From positions 1 through 44,616 of the forward strand of contig JACCYC010000060.1 in NCBI GenBank assembly GCA_013696665.1: a DNA stretch of 44,616 nt. Reading direction: 5' to 3'. The notes beneath the pieces are model-generated. The model saw only the letters and a list, made by a program, of their open reading frames with translations. It was not told the DNA's origin and searched no databases. Of this stretch, positions 20,110 through 29,304 are shown in pieces. Both the position numbers and the translations under genes were made by a program. Within the stretch, counting starts at the first letter, position 1; each line of letters opens with the position of its first letter. The stretch is from Burkholderiaceae bacterium. Lineage in GTDB: Bacteria; Pseudomonadota; Gammaproteobacteria; Burkholderiales; Burkholderiaceae_F.

Positions 20110-21210
20110 GTGATTCGTGACTTCGGCAGTCACCTGGACAGCGCGCTTGCGCAGCGCGGTTTCTCGCTTGATTTATCGCAGCAAGCCGCGGCTTCCAGGC
20201 TGCAGCAACTGTTCGACGATTGGGTCGACTACAAGGCGCAGCGTTCGAACGCGTTGAAGAAGCTGATCGCCCACCCGCCGGCTCCGCGCGGCGTGTATCT
20301 GTGGGGCGGCGTCGGGCGCGGGAAAAGCTTTTTAATGGATGTTTTTTTTGCTGCCGTCCCAGTGGTGCGCAAGACGCGCGTGCACTTTCATGAATTCATG
20401 CGCAGTGTGCATCGGGAGCTCGACGAGCTCAAAGGTACCGAGAATCCACTCGATGCAGTTGCCGAGCGGATTGCTGAGCGCCACCGACTGATTTGCTTCG
20501 ACGAGTTTCACATCTGCGATATTGCCGATGCAATGATCTTGCACCGGCTGCTCGCGCGGTTGTGGGAATTGAATGCCGGGTTCGTGATCACATCGAACAC
20601 CGCGCCTGACGGGTTGTACCCCGATGGCCTGCACCGAGATCGTTTGTTGCCTGCGATCGAACTGCTGAAGAGCCAGCTCGACGTATTGCACGTTGATGGC
20701 GGGATTGACTATCGACGGCGTGCGATCGGTGATGTCTCGGTCTATCTAATCCCGGGCGGCCCCGCGTCGGATCAGGCATTGCAGACTGCCTTTGAACGCA
20801 TTTCCGAAGCGGGTGACCAAAGTTGCGTGCTTAACATCGAATCGCGCAAGATTCGCGCGCGGCGCCGCGCCGGCGGCGTTGTGTGGTTCGACTTCGCAGT
20901 GCTATGCGGCGGCCCGCGTTCTCAGCTTGACTACCTTGAGATCGCCGCACAGTTTCATACCGTATTAGTCTCGAACATTCCAAGAATGAGTGCCGGGCAG
21001 GCCTCCGAGGCGCGGCGATTCACCTGGTTGATCGATATTCTATACGACCATCGCGTCAAGTTGATTGCTTCGGCCGAGGCGCCGCCCGAGGCGCTGTACG
21101 TCGCAGGCGCGCTGACCAACGAGTTTGCGCGTACCGTTTCGCGCTTGCATGAGATGCGATCATCTGCGTATCTCGAGATGCCGCGGCGGGCCGTCGTCGC
21201 GAGTCCTTAG
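20110..21210 (+). CDS. zapE: AFG1-like ATPase ZapE
   Basis: Walker A GGVGRGKSF and Walker B LICFDEFH. It lies directly downstream of lpdA. Confidence 0.85.
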   Translation: MIRDFGSHLDSALAQRGFSLDLSQQAAASRLQQLFDDWVDYKAQRSNALKKLIAHPPAPRGVYLWGGVGRGKSFLMDVFFAAVPVVRKTRVHFHEFMRSVHRELDELKGTENPLDAVAERIAERHRLICFDEFHICDIADAMILHRLLARLWELNAGFVITSNTAPDGLYPDGLHRDRLLPAIELLKSQLDVLHVDGGIDYRRRAIGDVSVYLIPGGPASDQALQTAFERISEAGDQSCVLNIESRKIRARRRAGGVVWFDFAVLCGGPRSQLDYLEIAAQFHTVLVSNIPRMSAGQASEARRFTWLIDILYDHRVKLIASAEAPPEALYVAGALTNEFARTVSRLHEMRSSAYLEMPRRAVVASP

Positions 21211-21246
21211 CGTCATCCTTGGATCTTTGCGCACGTTAAACCGCTG

Positions 21247-21957
21247 ATGAGAACAATCTGGCTGCTCGCCGCGCTTCTGACATTGCCGGCAATGGCAAGC
21301 GACTTCAGCGCACGTTATCCGGTAGGCAGCATTCAGGATAGGGTGCGGGCGCAGGCTGCGCTGAAAGACGCCGATACCGAACTGGGTGCAATTGCACGCA
21401 ACGCGAGGTCTCGAGACGCCGAATGCCTGCGCGGATTCCTGGTCAATTCATGCCGCGACGATGTGCGCCGTGAGAAGGAATTGGCTGAACGCGAGGTGCG
21501 GCGTGTACGGGTCGAGGCGCGCGATCTGCAACGTCAAATGGATGCACAACAGTCGGCCGGGCGTCGAGCCGCCCAGGCAGCGGAACGCGAGCTCAAAGAC
21601 GCGCAACGTCCAAAACCGCCGGGTGTCACGTCGACTCCAGGCGATCGGGCCCGGGTTGAAATGCGTGATGCCAGCGCCGCAGCAAAGGCGAACGCTGTTC
21701 CCGCTTCGGAACGCGTTTCGCCGGGTGTTTTGACAGAGCCCGCGCGCGCCGCCCAACCGAGGTTAACCGCTGCGCAGCGCGCGGACAACGCACGTAAGTT
21801 CGAGCAGAAACAGCTGCATGCGCAAGAGCGGGTCCGGCAACAGGAACTCGAGTGTGCTGAGCGCGAGACGAGGCGACTCGACAAGCGCAAGCAGGTTGAA
21901 CGGCGCGAAGCCGAGCGCGAAGTGCTGCGCAAGAAGGCCGCCGAGTCGACGCGGTGA
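21247..21957 (+). CDS. secreted, highly charged (R/E/Q/A-rich) predicted coiled-coil protein, function unknown
   Basis: Sec-type signal MRTIWLLAALLTLPAMA followed by SD. The rest is low complexity with heptad-like charged stretches. The stop overlaps the next gene's start (GTGA at 21954-21957). Confidence 0.6.
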   Translation: MRTIWLLAALLTLPAMASDFSARYPVGSIQDRVRAQAALKDADTELGAIARNARSRDAECLRGFLVNSCRDDVRREKELAEREVRRVRVEARDLQRQMDAQQSAGRRAAQAAERELKDAQRPKPPGVTSTPGDRARVEMRDASAAAKANAVPASERVSPGVLTEPARAAQPRLTAAQRADNARKFEQKQLHAQERVRQQELECAERETRRLDKRKQVERREAEREVLRKKAAESTR

Positions 21958-23279
21958 AAAGCGGGCATGGCAACACGGGCTGTGCCCTGTGCTGCGCGAT
22001 CGACTTCGGAACCTCGAATTCTGCTGTGGCGCGGTCAATTTCGGACCCCGCCAACCCGGAGATAACGCGTATCCAATTTGCACCGCTGGAGCATGGCGCG
22101 ACGAGCATGCCGACCGCGGTGTTCTACAACGCAGATGACGGCAGTCGCAGTTTTGGTCGTGCCGCGATCGTCGCGTACGTTGATGGATATGACGGCAGGC
22201 TGATGCGTTCGATCAAGAGCATTCTCGGTTCGGATTTGATGGACGAGGTGACAGAGCTCGGAAACGGACTACAGATTCGATATATCGACGTCGTCGTCGC
22301 CTATCTGCGGCACATCCGGCAGGTCGCGCAGTTGCACTGGCAGCGGCCGATCGATCGGGTCGTAATCGGGCGACCGGTTTTTTTTGTCGATGACGATCCG
22401 CGCCGCGATGCAAAGGCTCAACAGACGTTGCTTGCGGCGGCGCGCGCAGCCGGCATGTCAAGCGTGGAGTTTCAGTTCGAGCCGATCGCCGCCGCGCTGG
22501 ACTACGAATCGAGGCTGCAGGCAAGCGACGGCGAGCGCCTGGTGATGGTGGCAGACATCGGCGGTGGCACATCCGACTTCTCGGTCGTGCGAGCCAGCGC
22601 AGCGGCGCACGGCCGGACTGATCGGCGCGCCGATATTCTTGCGAACCATGGTTTGCACATAGCGGGAACCGACTTCGATCGAGCGGTCAATCTGGCGAAG
22701 ATCATGCCGACCCTCGGCATGAATGGAGGTGGGCCGGGCGGGCTGCCGGTGCCGTCCAAGATTTATTTCGATCTCGCGACGTGGCATCTGATCAACACTA
22801 CCTACGTCCCGAATCGCATCATCGAGCTACGCATGATGCGCAACATGTACGACGACTCGTTAGCACACCAACGGTTGATGCGTGTGCTCGAACAGCATCG
22901 CGGGCACGATCTGGCGGCGCGCGCCGAGAGCGCAAAGATCGAAGTGTCGGAGTCCGGTGGTGCGACCATCGAACTCGGTTTTGTCGAGCCCGGGCTTGAG
23001 CTATCGTTTGTCGAGCGCGAGCAGCAAGTGGCGTTGCAGGCGGAGGTCGATCGCATCGTAGAAACTGCTCGGCAGACCGTCAAAATGGCGCAGCTCGCGC
23101 ACGATCGTGTCGACGCAATCTATTTCACCGGCGGTTCCACTGGACTGGACTTTCTGGCCACGCAACTGGCTGCGGCATTTCCGCGCGCAGCGGCGGTCCG
23201 TGGCGATCGGTTTGCCAGCGTCGTCAGCGGGCTTGCAATTACCGCGGAGCGTAGGTTCGCCGCGCAGGAAGATGCGTGA
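21954..23279 (+). CDS. Hsp70/actin-fold ATPase, YegD-like putative chaperone
   Basis: Phosphate-1 motif AIDFGTSNSAV, phosphate-2 motif VADIGGGTSDFSV and adenosine motif IYFTGGSTG. There is no substrate-binding domain of DnaK length (441 aa in total). Confidence 0.8.
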   Translation: MKSGHGNTGCALCCAIDFGTSNSAVARSISDPANPEITRIQFAPLEHGATSMPTAVFYNADDGSRSFGRAAIVAYVDGYDGRLMRSIKSILGSDLMDEVTELGNGLQIRYIDVVVAYLRHIRQVAQLHWQRPIDRVVIGRPVFFVDDDPRRDAKAQQTLLAAARAAGMSSVEFQFEPIAAALDYESRLQASDGERLVMVADIGGGTSDFSVVRASAAAHGRTDRRADILANHGLHIAGTDFDRAVNLAKIMPTLGMNGGGPGGLPVPSKIYFDLATWHLINTTYVPNRIIELRMMRNMYDDSLAHQRLMRVLEQHRGHDLAARAESAKIEVSESGGATIELGFVEPGLELSFVEREQQVALQAEVDRIVETARQTVKMAQLAHDRVDAIYFTGGSTGLDFLATQLAAAFPRAAAVRGDRFASVVSGLAITAERRFAAQEDA

Positions 23280-23296
23280 TCCGAACGTGCGTGCAA

Positions 23297-23313
23297 GGCG
23301 CGGCGGTCGCGCC
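23297..23313. terminator. GC hairpin between convergent genes (possible bidirectional terminator)
   Basis: GGCGCG-gcggt-CGCGCC, a perfect 6-bp stem in the 53-nt gap between the Hsp70-like gene and the PP2C gene. There is no clear U tract. Confidence 0.35.
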
Positions 23314-23332
23314 AACAGCAACTGCCGAATGA

Positions 23333-24097
23333 TCAGCTGCGACGTGTCGGAAGCGGCTCGAACTTGATGATCGCCAGCGACAGATTGTCACCGCGGCCTT
23401 CGCAGCGCTCGCGTGCAAGCGCCATCATTTCCTCAGAGGCGTCGCGTGGCGACAACTCACTTAAGAGACGCGCGAGTTCGTCGGGCTCAAAGTAGGCCCA
23501 CATCCCGTCGCTTGCGAGTAGAAATACATCGCCCTCCCGGAGGCTGTGCTCTTCGCCAATGACAACCTTTGGCTTCTTGTTGATGCCGAGCGCGCTGACA
23601 AGAATGTTCTTGTAGCGCTGCGCCGCGATCTCCGCATCTTCGAAGCGGCCTTCCTCGCGTAGCTGTTGCGCGTACGTCTGGTCTTCGGTCAGATGGATCA
23701 ATTTCCCGCCGCGGAAGAAGTAGAGGCGCGAGTCTCCCGCGTGAGCCCAGATCGCATATTGCTTCTTGACGATCAAGGCGCACACGGTGGAGTGTGGTTC
23801 CTTTTCGCTCGATACTGCGGTCAGGCGAATGACGGTATGCGCTTCGGCAGCCAAGTGCAGCAGGAGTTCGCGATAAGTCGAGTCATGCTCCGACATGTCG
23901 CAAAACAAGCTCTCAGCCGTAGAAATGACCTGATCAGCTGCCTGCCTGCCCCCTGTGCGACCGCCCATGCCGTCGGCCACAATAGCCAGCATGGCTCCTG
24001 GGTTGCGCTCGCTGGTAATGATGGCGACCCGATCCTGCTGTTCGTGGCGATCGCCGATATGAGTGGCTACGCAAGCGCTGACTTTATAGCTGGACAC
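23333..24097 (-). CDS. PP2C-family Ser/Thr protein phosphatase
   Basis: 254 aa with a GTG start. Metal-binding motifs: RHEQQDR, ADGMGG, GDSRLY and ASDGMW. Confidence 0.85.
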   Translation of the reverse strand: MSSYKVSACVATHIGDRHEQQDRVAIITSERNPGAMLAIVADGMGGRTGGRQAADQVISTAESLFCDMSEHDSTYRELLLHLAAEAHTVIRLTAVSSEKEPHSTVCALIVKKQYAIWAHAGDSRLYFFRGGKLIHLTEDQTYAQQLREEGRFEDAEIAAQRYKNILVSALGINKKPKVVIGEEHSLREGDVFLLASDGMWAYFEPDELARLLSELSPRDASEEMMALARERCEGRGDNLSLAIIKFEPLPTRRS

Positions 24098-24214
24098 GCG
24101 ATGTGACCGTCGTTTTGATCAGTCTATCATCGGCTTTCGCGCGCTCTTGCTACCAACGCTTGCGGCGCGTATTTCGGGCTTACTTCGATCGTTCGCCCTT
24201 CTTGCCGACTGGGC

Positions 24215-24418
24215 ATGGCGATGGACCAGGAAGAAATAAGGCGGCGCATTATCGAGCTACAGGTCGAACATCGGGACCTGGACGCAGCGATCGATCGCCT
24301 TGCAGCCCAGTTGAATATCGATGATTTGACCCTACGGCGCATGAAAAAGCGCAAATTGCAGGTCAAGGACGCGCTGGCGCAGTTCGAAATGCGTCTGGTG
24401 CCCGATATTCCCGCGTGA
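24215..24418 (+). CDS. YdcH/DUF465-family small coiled-coil protein
   Basis: 67 aa. The sequence IIELQVEHRDLDAAIDRL...LRRMKKRKLQVKDAL is the typical DUF465 pattern. Confidence 0.75.
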   Translation: MAMDQEEIRRRIIELQVEHRDLDAAIDRLAAQLNIDDLTLRRMKKRKLQVKDALAQFEMRLVPDIPA

Positions 24419-26469
24419 CCGCCGCCACGGTCGCCACGCGTTCGGAAAATGTTCGCGCCCGAATCGTTGCGGCTTTTGACCGCGATGGTGCACTTGCTCG
24501 TGCCGTACCCGGCTTTGCCGCGCGTCCGTCGCAGGCGGAAATGGCCGCCGCGGTTTACGACGCGATTGAAAACGGCAGTACGTTAATCGCAGAGGCGGGC
24601 ACCGGTACCGGAAAGACGTTCGCGTACCTGGTTCCGGCATTGATCGCCGGCGGCAAAGTGCTCGTGTCGAGCGGAACCAAGCCGCTGCAGGATCAACTGT
24701 TTCGCAAGGATCTCCCCGCGGTGCTCGATGCGCTGCATATCAACGCCGCTACCGCGCTGCTAAAGGGCCGCGCTAACTATGTCTGTCTTCACCGCACAGC
24801 GCGAGCGGAAAGCGAGGGCATGCTGCCGACGCGCGAGGATGTCGTGCATCTTCGCTCCGTAATACGATTCGCATCGACGACCTCAACCGGTGATCGTGCC
24901 GAGCTTGCCGAGGTCCCGGAGAACGCGGCTATCTGGCCGCTGGTGACGTCAACGCGCGATAACTGCCTGGGAGCGGAGTGCCCGCGTTTCGCGGAGTGCT
25001 TCGTTTACAAGGCGCGTCGCGAGGCTCAGGGCGCCGACATCGTCGTTGTCAATCACCATTTGTTCATGGCGGACCTGGCATTCCGCGACGACTCGATTCG
25101 CGACTTCCTGCCCACCGTCGATACAGTGATCCTTGACGAAGCACACCAGCTGCCCGCAATTGCGGCGGATTTTTTTGGTGCTTCGTTATCACTGGCACAG
25201 TTGCTTGAAGCGGGTCGCGATGCGCGCTCGCTCGGCCTGTCGCGCGCGCCGGATGGTGCGTCCTGGATCACGCTGACCCACCGGTTCGAGCGCGCCGTGC
25301 GCGACTTGCGGCTCGCGCTGGGCAATGCCGGCCTTGCAATCGGCTCGCGCACTCCGGTTGAGCGAATTCCCCGGCGGGCGGATCTGATCCCCGCATTCGA
25401 CGAACTCGACGGATGCGCTGCCGAAGTCTTGCGTGCGCTAGAGATCAATCGGGGGCGCGACGCTGAGCTTGATTTACTGATCGGCCGCTTCTCCGAATTG
25501 CGGCGCGAGCTGAAAGACTGGACCCAGGCAGTGGGGACACCGGCGCACGCAGAGGAAAACGAAGGGCCGCCGGACCCAACCGAACAAAGCAACCCTTCGG
25601 TGCGCTGGATCTCGGTATCAACTCACGGCGCGCAATTCAACCAGACACCGCTTGCGCCCGGGCAGGCACTTGCTCGCGCACGGGAGGCGCAGCCACAGGC
25701 CTGGATTCTGACCTCGGCCACATTGACAGCGGCCGGGCGATTCGATCATTTTTTGGCCGAGGTAGGCATTGAAGGGGCCACCACCGCGCGCTGGAACAGC
25801 CCATTCGATTTTCCGCAACAGGCACTGCTGTATCTGCCGAAGTCGCTGCCTTCGCCCAACGATGCACGCTTCGCGCAAGTCGTCGCCGAAGCTGCATGGC
25901 CGTTGGTGCGGGCCAACGGCGGGCGGGCTTTCATTCTGTGTACGACGCTGCGTGCAGTTGACAAAGTGGCCGATCGGCTACGCCAGCTGATGGCGCTCGA
26001 CGACCAGCAACTGCCGCTGCTGGTCCAAGGCACCACCACGCGCCGAGCGCTGATCGACGCCTTTCGCGCCTCGGGCAGCGCCATACTGGTCGGCAGTATT
26101 AGTTTCTGGGAGGGCATCGACATTCGCGGAGACGCACTGTCTCTGGTAGTGATTGACAAGCTCCCGTTCGCGCCGCCGGTTGATCCGGTCGTCGAAGCGA
26201 AGATCCGTTACCTACGTCGAATTGGCCGCAACCCGTTCAACGAATATCAGCTGCCCGAAGCGATCATGTTGATGAAGCAGGGTGTCGGTCGTTTGATCCG
26301 CGACGAGACAGATCGCGGCGTGCTGATGATCCTCGATGAGCGGCTGCTGACTAAACCTTATGGCAAAGTCGTCCTCGCAAGCCTGCCTCCCTTTGCACGA
26401 ACACGGACCGAAGCCGAAGCGATTGAATTTCTGACGCGCCGCCCGTCTACCGGGCGCGCGCGAACCTGA
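24415..26469 (+). CDS. dinG: ATP-dependent DNA helicase, DinG/XPD family
   Basis: The GTG at 24415 forms a GTGA overlap with the DUF465 stop. Motifs: Walker A AGTGTGKT, DEAH box ILDEAHQL, Fe-S Cys set (YVCLH...DNCLGAECPRFAECF) and a C-terminal KQGVGRLIR motif. Confidence 0.85.
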   Translation: MTAATVATRSENVRARIVAAFDRDGALARAVPGFAARPSQAEMAAAVYDAIENGSTLIAEAGTGTGKTFAYLVPALIAGGKVLVSSGTKPLQDQLFRKDLPAVLDALHINAATALLKGRANYVCLHRTARAESEGMLPTREDVVHLRSVIRFASTTSTGDRAELAEVPENAAIWPLVTSTRDNCLGAECPRFAECFVYKARREAQGADIVVVNHHLFMADLAFRDDSIRDFLPTVDTVILDEAHQLPAIAADFFGASLSLAQLLEAGRDARSLGLSRAPDGASWITLTHRFERAVRDLRLALGNAGLAIGSRTPVERIPRRADLIPAFDELDGCAAEVLRALEINRGRDAELDLLIGRFSELRRELKDWTQAVGTPAHAEENEGPPDPTEQSNPSVRWISVSTHGAQFNQTPLAPGQALARAREAQPQAWILTSATLTAAGRFDHFLAEVGIEGATTARWNSPFDFPQQALLYLPKSLPSPNDARFAQVVAEAAWPLVRANGGRAFILCTTLRAVDKVADRLRQLMALDDQQLPLLVQGTTTRRALIDAFRASGSAILVGSISFWEGIDIRGDALSLVVIDKLPFAPPVDPVVEAKIRYLRRIGRNPFNEYQLPEAIMLMKQGVGRLIRDETDRGVLMILDERLLTKPYGKVVLASLPPFARTRTEAEAIEFLTRRPSTGRART

Positions 26470-26625
26470 CCGGCCGGGACCCGCGACTTTTTGCCTGGAC
26501 AACGACGGTCCCTCCAACTTGTCGTGCCACCCCTGCTTTCGACCGTCGAACGCGACCCAGTCAAACCGATGCACAGCGGAAGATCGACACGACCCCGGGT
26601 GTATCCAGTCCGGAGTCGGCATGCA

Positions 26626-27426
26626 CTACTTGCGCCCGCGTAGATACTTGCTGTCCGGAAAATTAAGCGCAAGCACGCGCTCGGCATCGGACTGCAGGTC
26701 TTTCATCTGCAGCGCTTCGTAGGAGCGCATCATGATCGATAGCGCTTCTTCAGTCGACGGCGTCTGCTGAAAATCCCTCAGCACCGCTTGTGCGCGCTGA
26801 ATCGCGGCCAGGTAGGCCTTGCGCGTGAAGTAATAGCGCGCCACGTTGACCTCGGCCTGCCCCTGTGAATTGGCCAAATATGTCATTCGCGCTCGCGCGT
26901 CCGGCGTGTACTTGCTATCCGGATAGCGCGTGACCAAATCCTTGAATGCATCGAACGCTTCACGCGCGGCCTTGGCATCGCGTTCAGAAATATCCTGTCC
27001 GAGGAATCGCCCGAGGAAACCAAGCTCATCGTTGAACGACGCAAGCCCCTTCAGGTAATACATGTAATCGATGTTCGGATGGTTCGGGTACTGGCGAATA
27101 AACCGATCAGAAGCCTGAATCGATTGCGCACTTTCACCTTCCTTGTGATACGTGTACGCAATCTCCATCAAGGCTTGCTGCGCGTGCCGGCCAAATGGAT
27201 AGCGCGACTCGAGCTTCTGATACAGCTCGCGCGAGCGTTTCCAGGCTCCGTTGTTTAACTCGACACGTGCTTCGGAGTACAACTTGTCCGGATCCCACTT
27301 GAGCGTCTCGTCGCGATCGCCCCACTCGATGCCAAACCAGCTGCAACCGCCGAGTGCTGTGGCGAATAGCACCATCATCAGCGTGGCAGCGATGTGCGCG
27401 CTTCGATGCGCCCAATGCGTTTTCAT
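26626..27426 (-). CDS. bamD: outer membrane protein assembly factor BamD (lipoprotein, TPR)
   Basis: Trimmed to the ATG at 27426. Lipobox LGGC in MKTHWAHRSAHIAATLMMVLFATALGGCSW; TPR-like repeats; divergent from rluD. Confidence 0.9.
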   Translation of the reverse strand: MKTHWAHRSAHIAATLMMVLFATALGGCSWFGIEWGDRDETLKWDPDKLYSEARVELNNGAWKRSRELYQKLESRYPFGRHAQQALMEIAYTYHKEGESAQSIQASDRFIRQYPNHPNIDYMYYLKGLASFNDELGFLGRFLGQDISERDAKAAREAFDAFKDLVTRYPDSKYTPDARARMTYLANSQGQAEVNVARYYFTRKAYLAAIQRAQAVLRDFQQTPSTEEALSIMMRSYEALQMKDLQSDAERVLALNFPDSKYLRGRK

Positions 27427-27475
27427 CAAGGTAGGACCTGGTTCTTCGGTGGGTCGGCAGTATATCGTTGGCGCG

Positions 27476-28504
27476 ATGTCGATTCCCGATCTCGCGGACG
27501 CTGGCAACGACGACGGCTCGTCCAGTCCGGAGGACCGCCTTTCATTCGACATCGACGACCGCCACGCGGGCGAGCGATTGGATAAAGCGCTTGCGCAATT
27601 GATTCCGAAGGTCTCGCGCAGCCGACTGCAGCAGTGGGTCGACGCAGGCGCGGTCAAGGTCAACGGCGAGGCGGTCAAGCCGCGCCATACGCTGAGCTAC
27701 GGCGATGTCATTGCCGTGGACCCGCAACCGGCAGTCGATGCCGCCGCGTACCAGCCGCAGCCCATGCCACTCGACATCACTTTTGAAGATGCAGCGATCC
27801 TCGTGTTGAACAAACCCGCCGGCCTGGTTGTGCATCCGGCGGCGGGCCATTGGTCCGGAACTTTATTGAACGGTCTGCTTGCGCATCATCCGCCACTGAT
27901 CGAGCTGCCGCGCGCCGGTATCGTGCACCGACTCGACGCCGACACGTCCGGGTTGATGGTTGTGGCAAAGACCTTGGCTGCGCACACTTCACTGGTGCGG
28001 CAGCTTCAGTCACGAACGGTGACACGCGAGTACTGGGCGGTCGTGCTCGGAACGCCGCCACTACGCGGCCTTGTCGATGCAGCGATTGCACGTGATCCAC
28101 GCAATCCAATGCGTTTCAAGGTCAGCAATGCCGAGTCGGCCAAGACGGCGCTCACGCATTTCGTGCGTATCGACACGCGCGTTACTGAGGGCGCCTCCGT
28201 TTCATGGCTCGCGTGCCGCCTTGAAACCGGTAGAACGCATCAGATCCGCGTTCATCTCGAGCATCTTGGGCATCCACTGATCGGAGACCCCGTCTATCGA
28301 CGCGGTCTGCCCCCGCGTGCAGAACACATCGATGCTTGGAGGGCATTCAATCGTCAGGCGCTGCACGCATGCCGATTGAGTCTGGATCATCCGACAACGC
28401 GAGAGCGGCTCACATGGTTTCATGCGCCGGCGCCCGACCTGGCGCAGGTGATGACGGCGCTGGGCTTCGGTCCACTGGACACTGCGCGCGACGTGTATGC
28501 ATGA
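27476..28504 (+). CDS. rluD: 23S rRNA pseudouridine synthase RluD
   Basis: Trimmed to the ATG at 27476. An S4 domain (RLDKALAQL...SRSRLQQWV) precedes the catalytic HRLDADTSGLMVVAK motif. Confidence 0.9.
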   Translation: MSIPDLADAGNDDGSSSPEDRLSFDIDDRHAGERLDKALAQLIPKVSRSRLQQWVDAGAVKVNGEAVKPRHTLSYGDVIAVDPQPAVDAAAYQPQPMPLDITFEDAAILVLNKPAGLVVHPAAGHWSGTLLNGLLAHHPPLIELPRAGIVHRLDADTSGLMVVAKTLAAHTSLVRQLQSRTVTREYWAVVLGTPPLRGLVDAAIARDPRNPMRFKVSNAESAKTALTHFVRIDTRVTEGASVSWLACRLETGRTHQIRVHLEHLGHPLIGDPVYRRGLPPRAEHIDAWRAFNRQALHACRLSLDHPTTRERLTWFHAPAPDLAQVMTALGFGPLDTARDVYA

Positions 28505-29264
28505 ACAGTGGATCCAGCCCGATTGGCCCGTGTCGCCCAACGTGCGCGCGGTGATCACCACGCGTACCGGCGGCGTGTCGACGGGTCCGTATGGGGTGCC
28601 CCCCGAAATGCGAGAAGGCATGAACATCGGGTTGTCGACTGCGGATGTGGCAGCCAATGTGCAGGTGAACCGCACGCGGTTGCGCGCATACCTGCCGGCC
28701 GAGCCGAGGTGGCTCAATCAGGTGCACAGCGCTAGTGTCGTCGACGCGACGCGGATTGTTGACGACGGCACGAATCAGGCCGATGCGTCGTTTACCGATG
28801 TCGCTAATGTCGTGTGCACGGTCCTGATTGCCGACTGCATGCCTGTGCTGTTTGCAGACACCGCAGGGCAATGTGTGGGAATTGCACACGCCGGATGGCG
28901 CGGGCTCGCGGCCGGAATCATTCAAGCAACGGCGCAGGCGATCCAGCGGCGAGTTGATCGAGCGGGGTCGGAATTGCTCGCATACCTCGGGCCTGCCATC
29001 GGTCCCCGGCATTTCGAAGTCGGTGCCGAAGTACTCGATGCGATGCGCAAGTGCCTGCCTAAGGCCGAGAGCGCTTTCATTGCACTCGGCGACGGTAAAT
29101 ATCGGGCCGACCTTTTTGCGCTGGGACGCCTGGCCCTCGGAGCGGCCGGTGTTACGCGCGTCCATGGCGGGCAGGACTGCACCTTCAGCGATGCGCGGCG
29201 CTTTTACAGCTTTAGGCGCGACCGGATTACAGGGCGCCATGCGGCCCTGATCTGGCGCGTTTGA
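28497..29264 (+). CDS. pgeF: YfiH/PgeF laccase-domain (purine nucleoside phosphorylase-like) protein
   Basis: Contains the ADCMPV and IAHAGWRG motifs. It overlaps rluD by 8 nt. Confidence 0.85.
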   Translation: MHEQWIQPDWPVSPNVRAVITTRTGGVSTGPYGVPPEMREGMNIGLSTADVAANVQVNRTRLRAYLPAEPRWLNQVHSASVVDATRIVDDGTNQADASFTDVANVVCTVLIADCMPVLFADTAGQCVGIAHAGWRGLAAGIIQATAQAIQRRVDRAGSELLAYLGPAIGPRHFEVGAEVLDAMRKCLPKAESAFIALGDGKYRADLFALGRLALGAAGVTRVHGGQDCTFSDARRFYSFRRDRITGRHAALIWRV

Positions 29265-29304
29265 CACGGAGCGCGCGCTGCGGAGAATCGGCGCGAGGAG
29301 ATCG

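Noticed and set aside
20342-20349. T8 homopolymer tracts inside zapE (20342-20349) and the Hsp70-like gene (22378-22385), considered as phase-variation sites.
   Set aside because: Both are in frame in intact ORFs. They are single short tracts with no associated repeats, and they sit in genes not expected to phase-vary. They are at most potential sequencing-error hotspots.
24415-26469. DinG-like helicase, PP2C and Hsp70-like genes considered as a possible anti-phage defence island.
   Set aside because: No nuclease, methylase, toxin, integrase or other mobility genes are nearby. Composition matches the flanks, and the neighbours are housekeeping genes (suc operon, bamD, rluD). The helicase looks like the ordinary chromosomal DinG/YoaA type.
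26212-26622. 136-aa minus-strand ORF starting 4 nt after the bamD stop and running antisense into the 3' end of dinG.
   Set aside because: It has no RBS, and two thirds of it overlaps the well-supported helicase gene. The peptide has no recognisable motif. Only the first roughly 45 codons lie in the 156-nt spacer.
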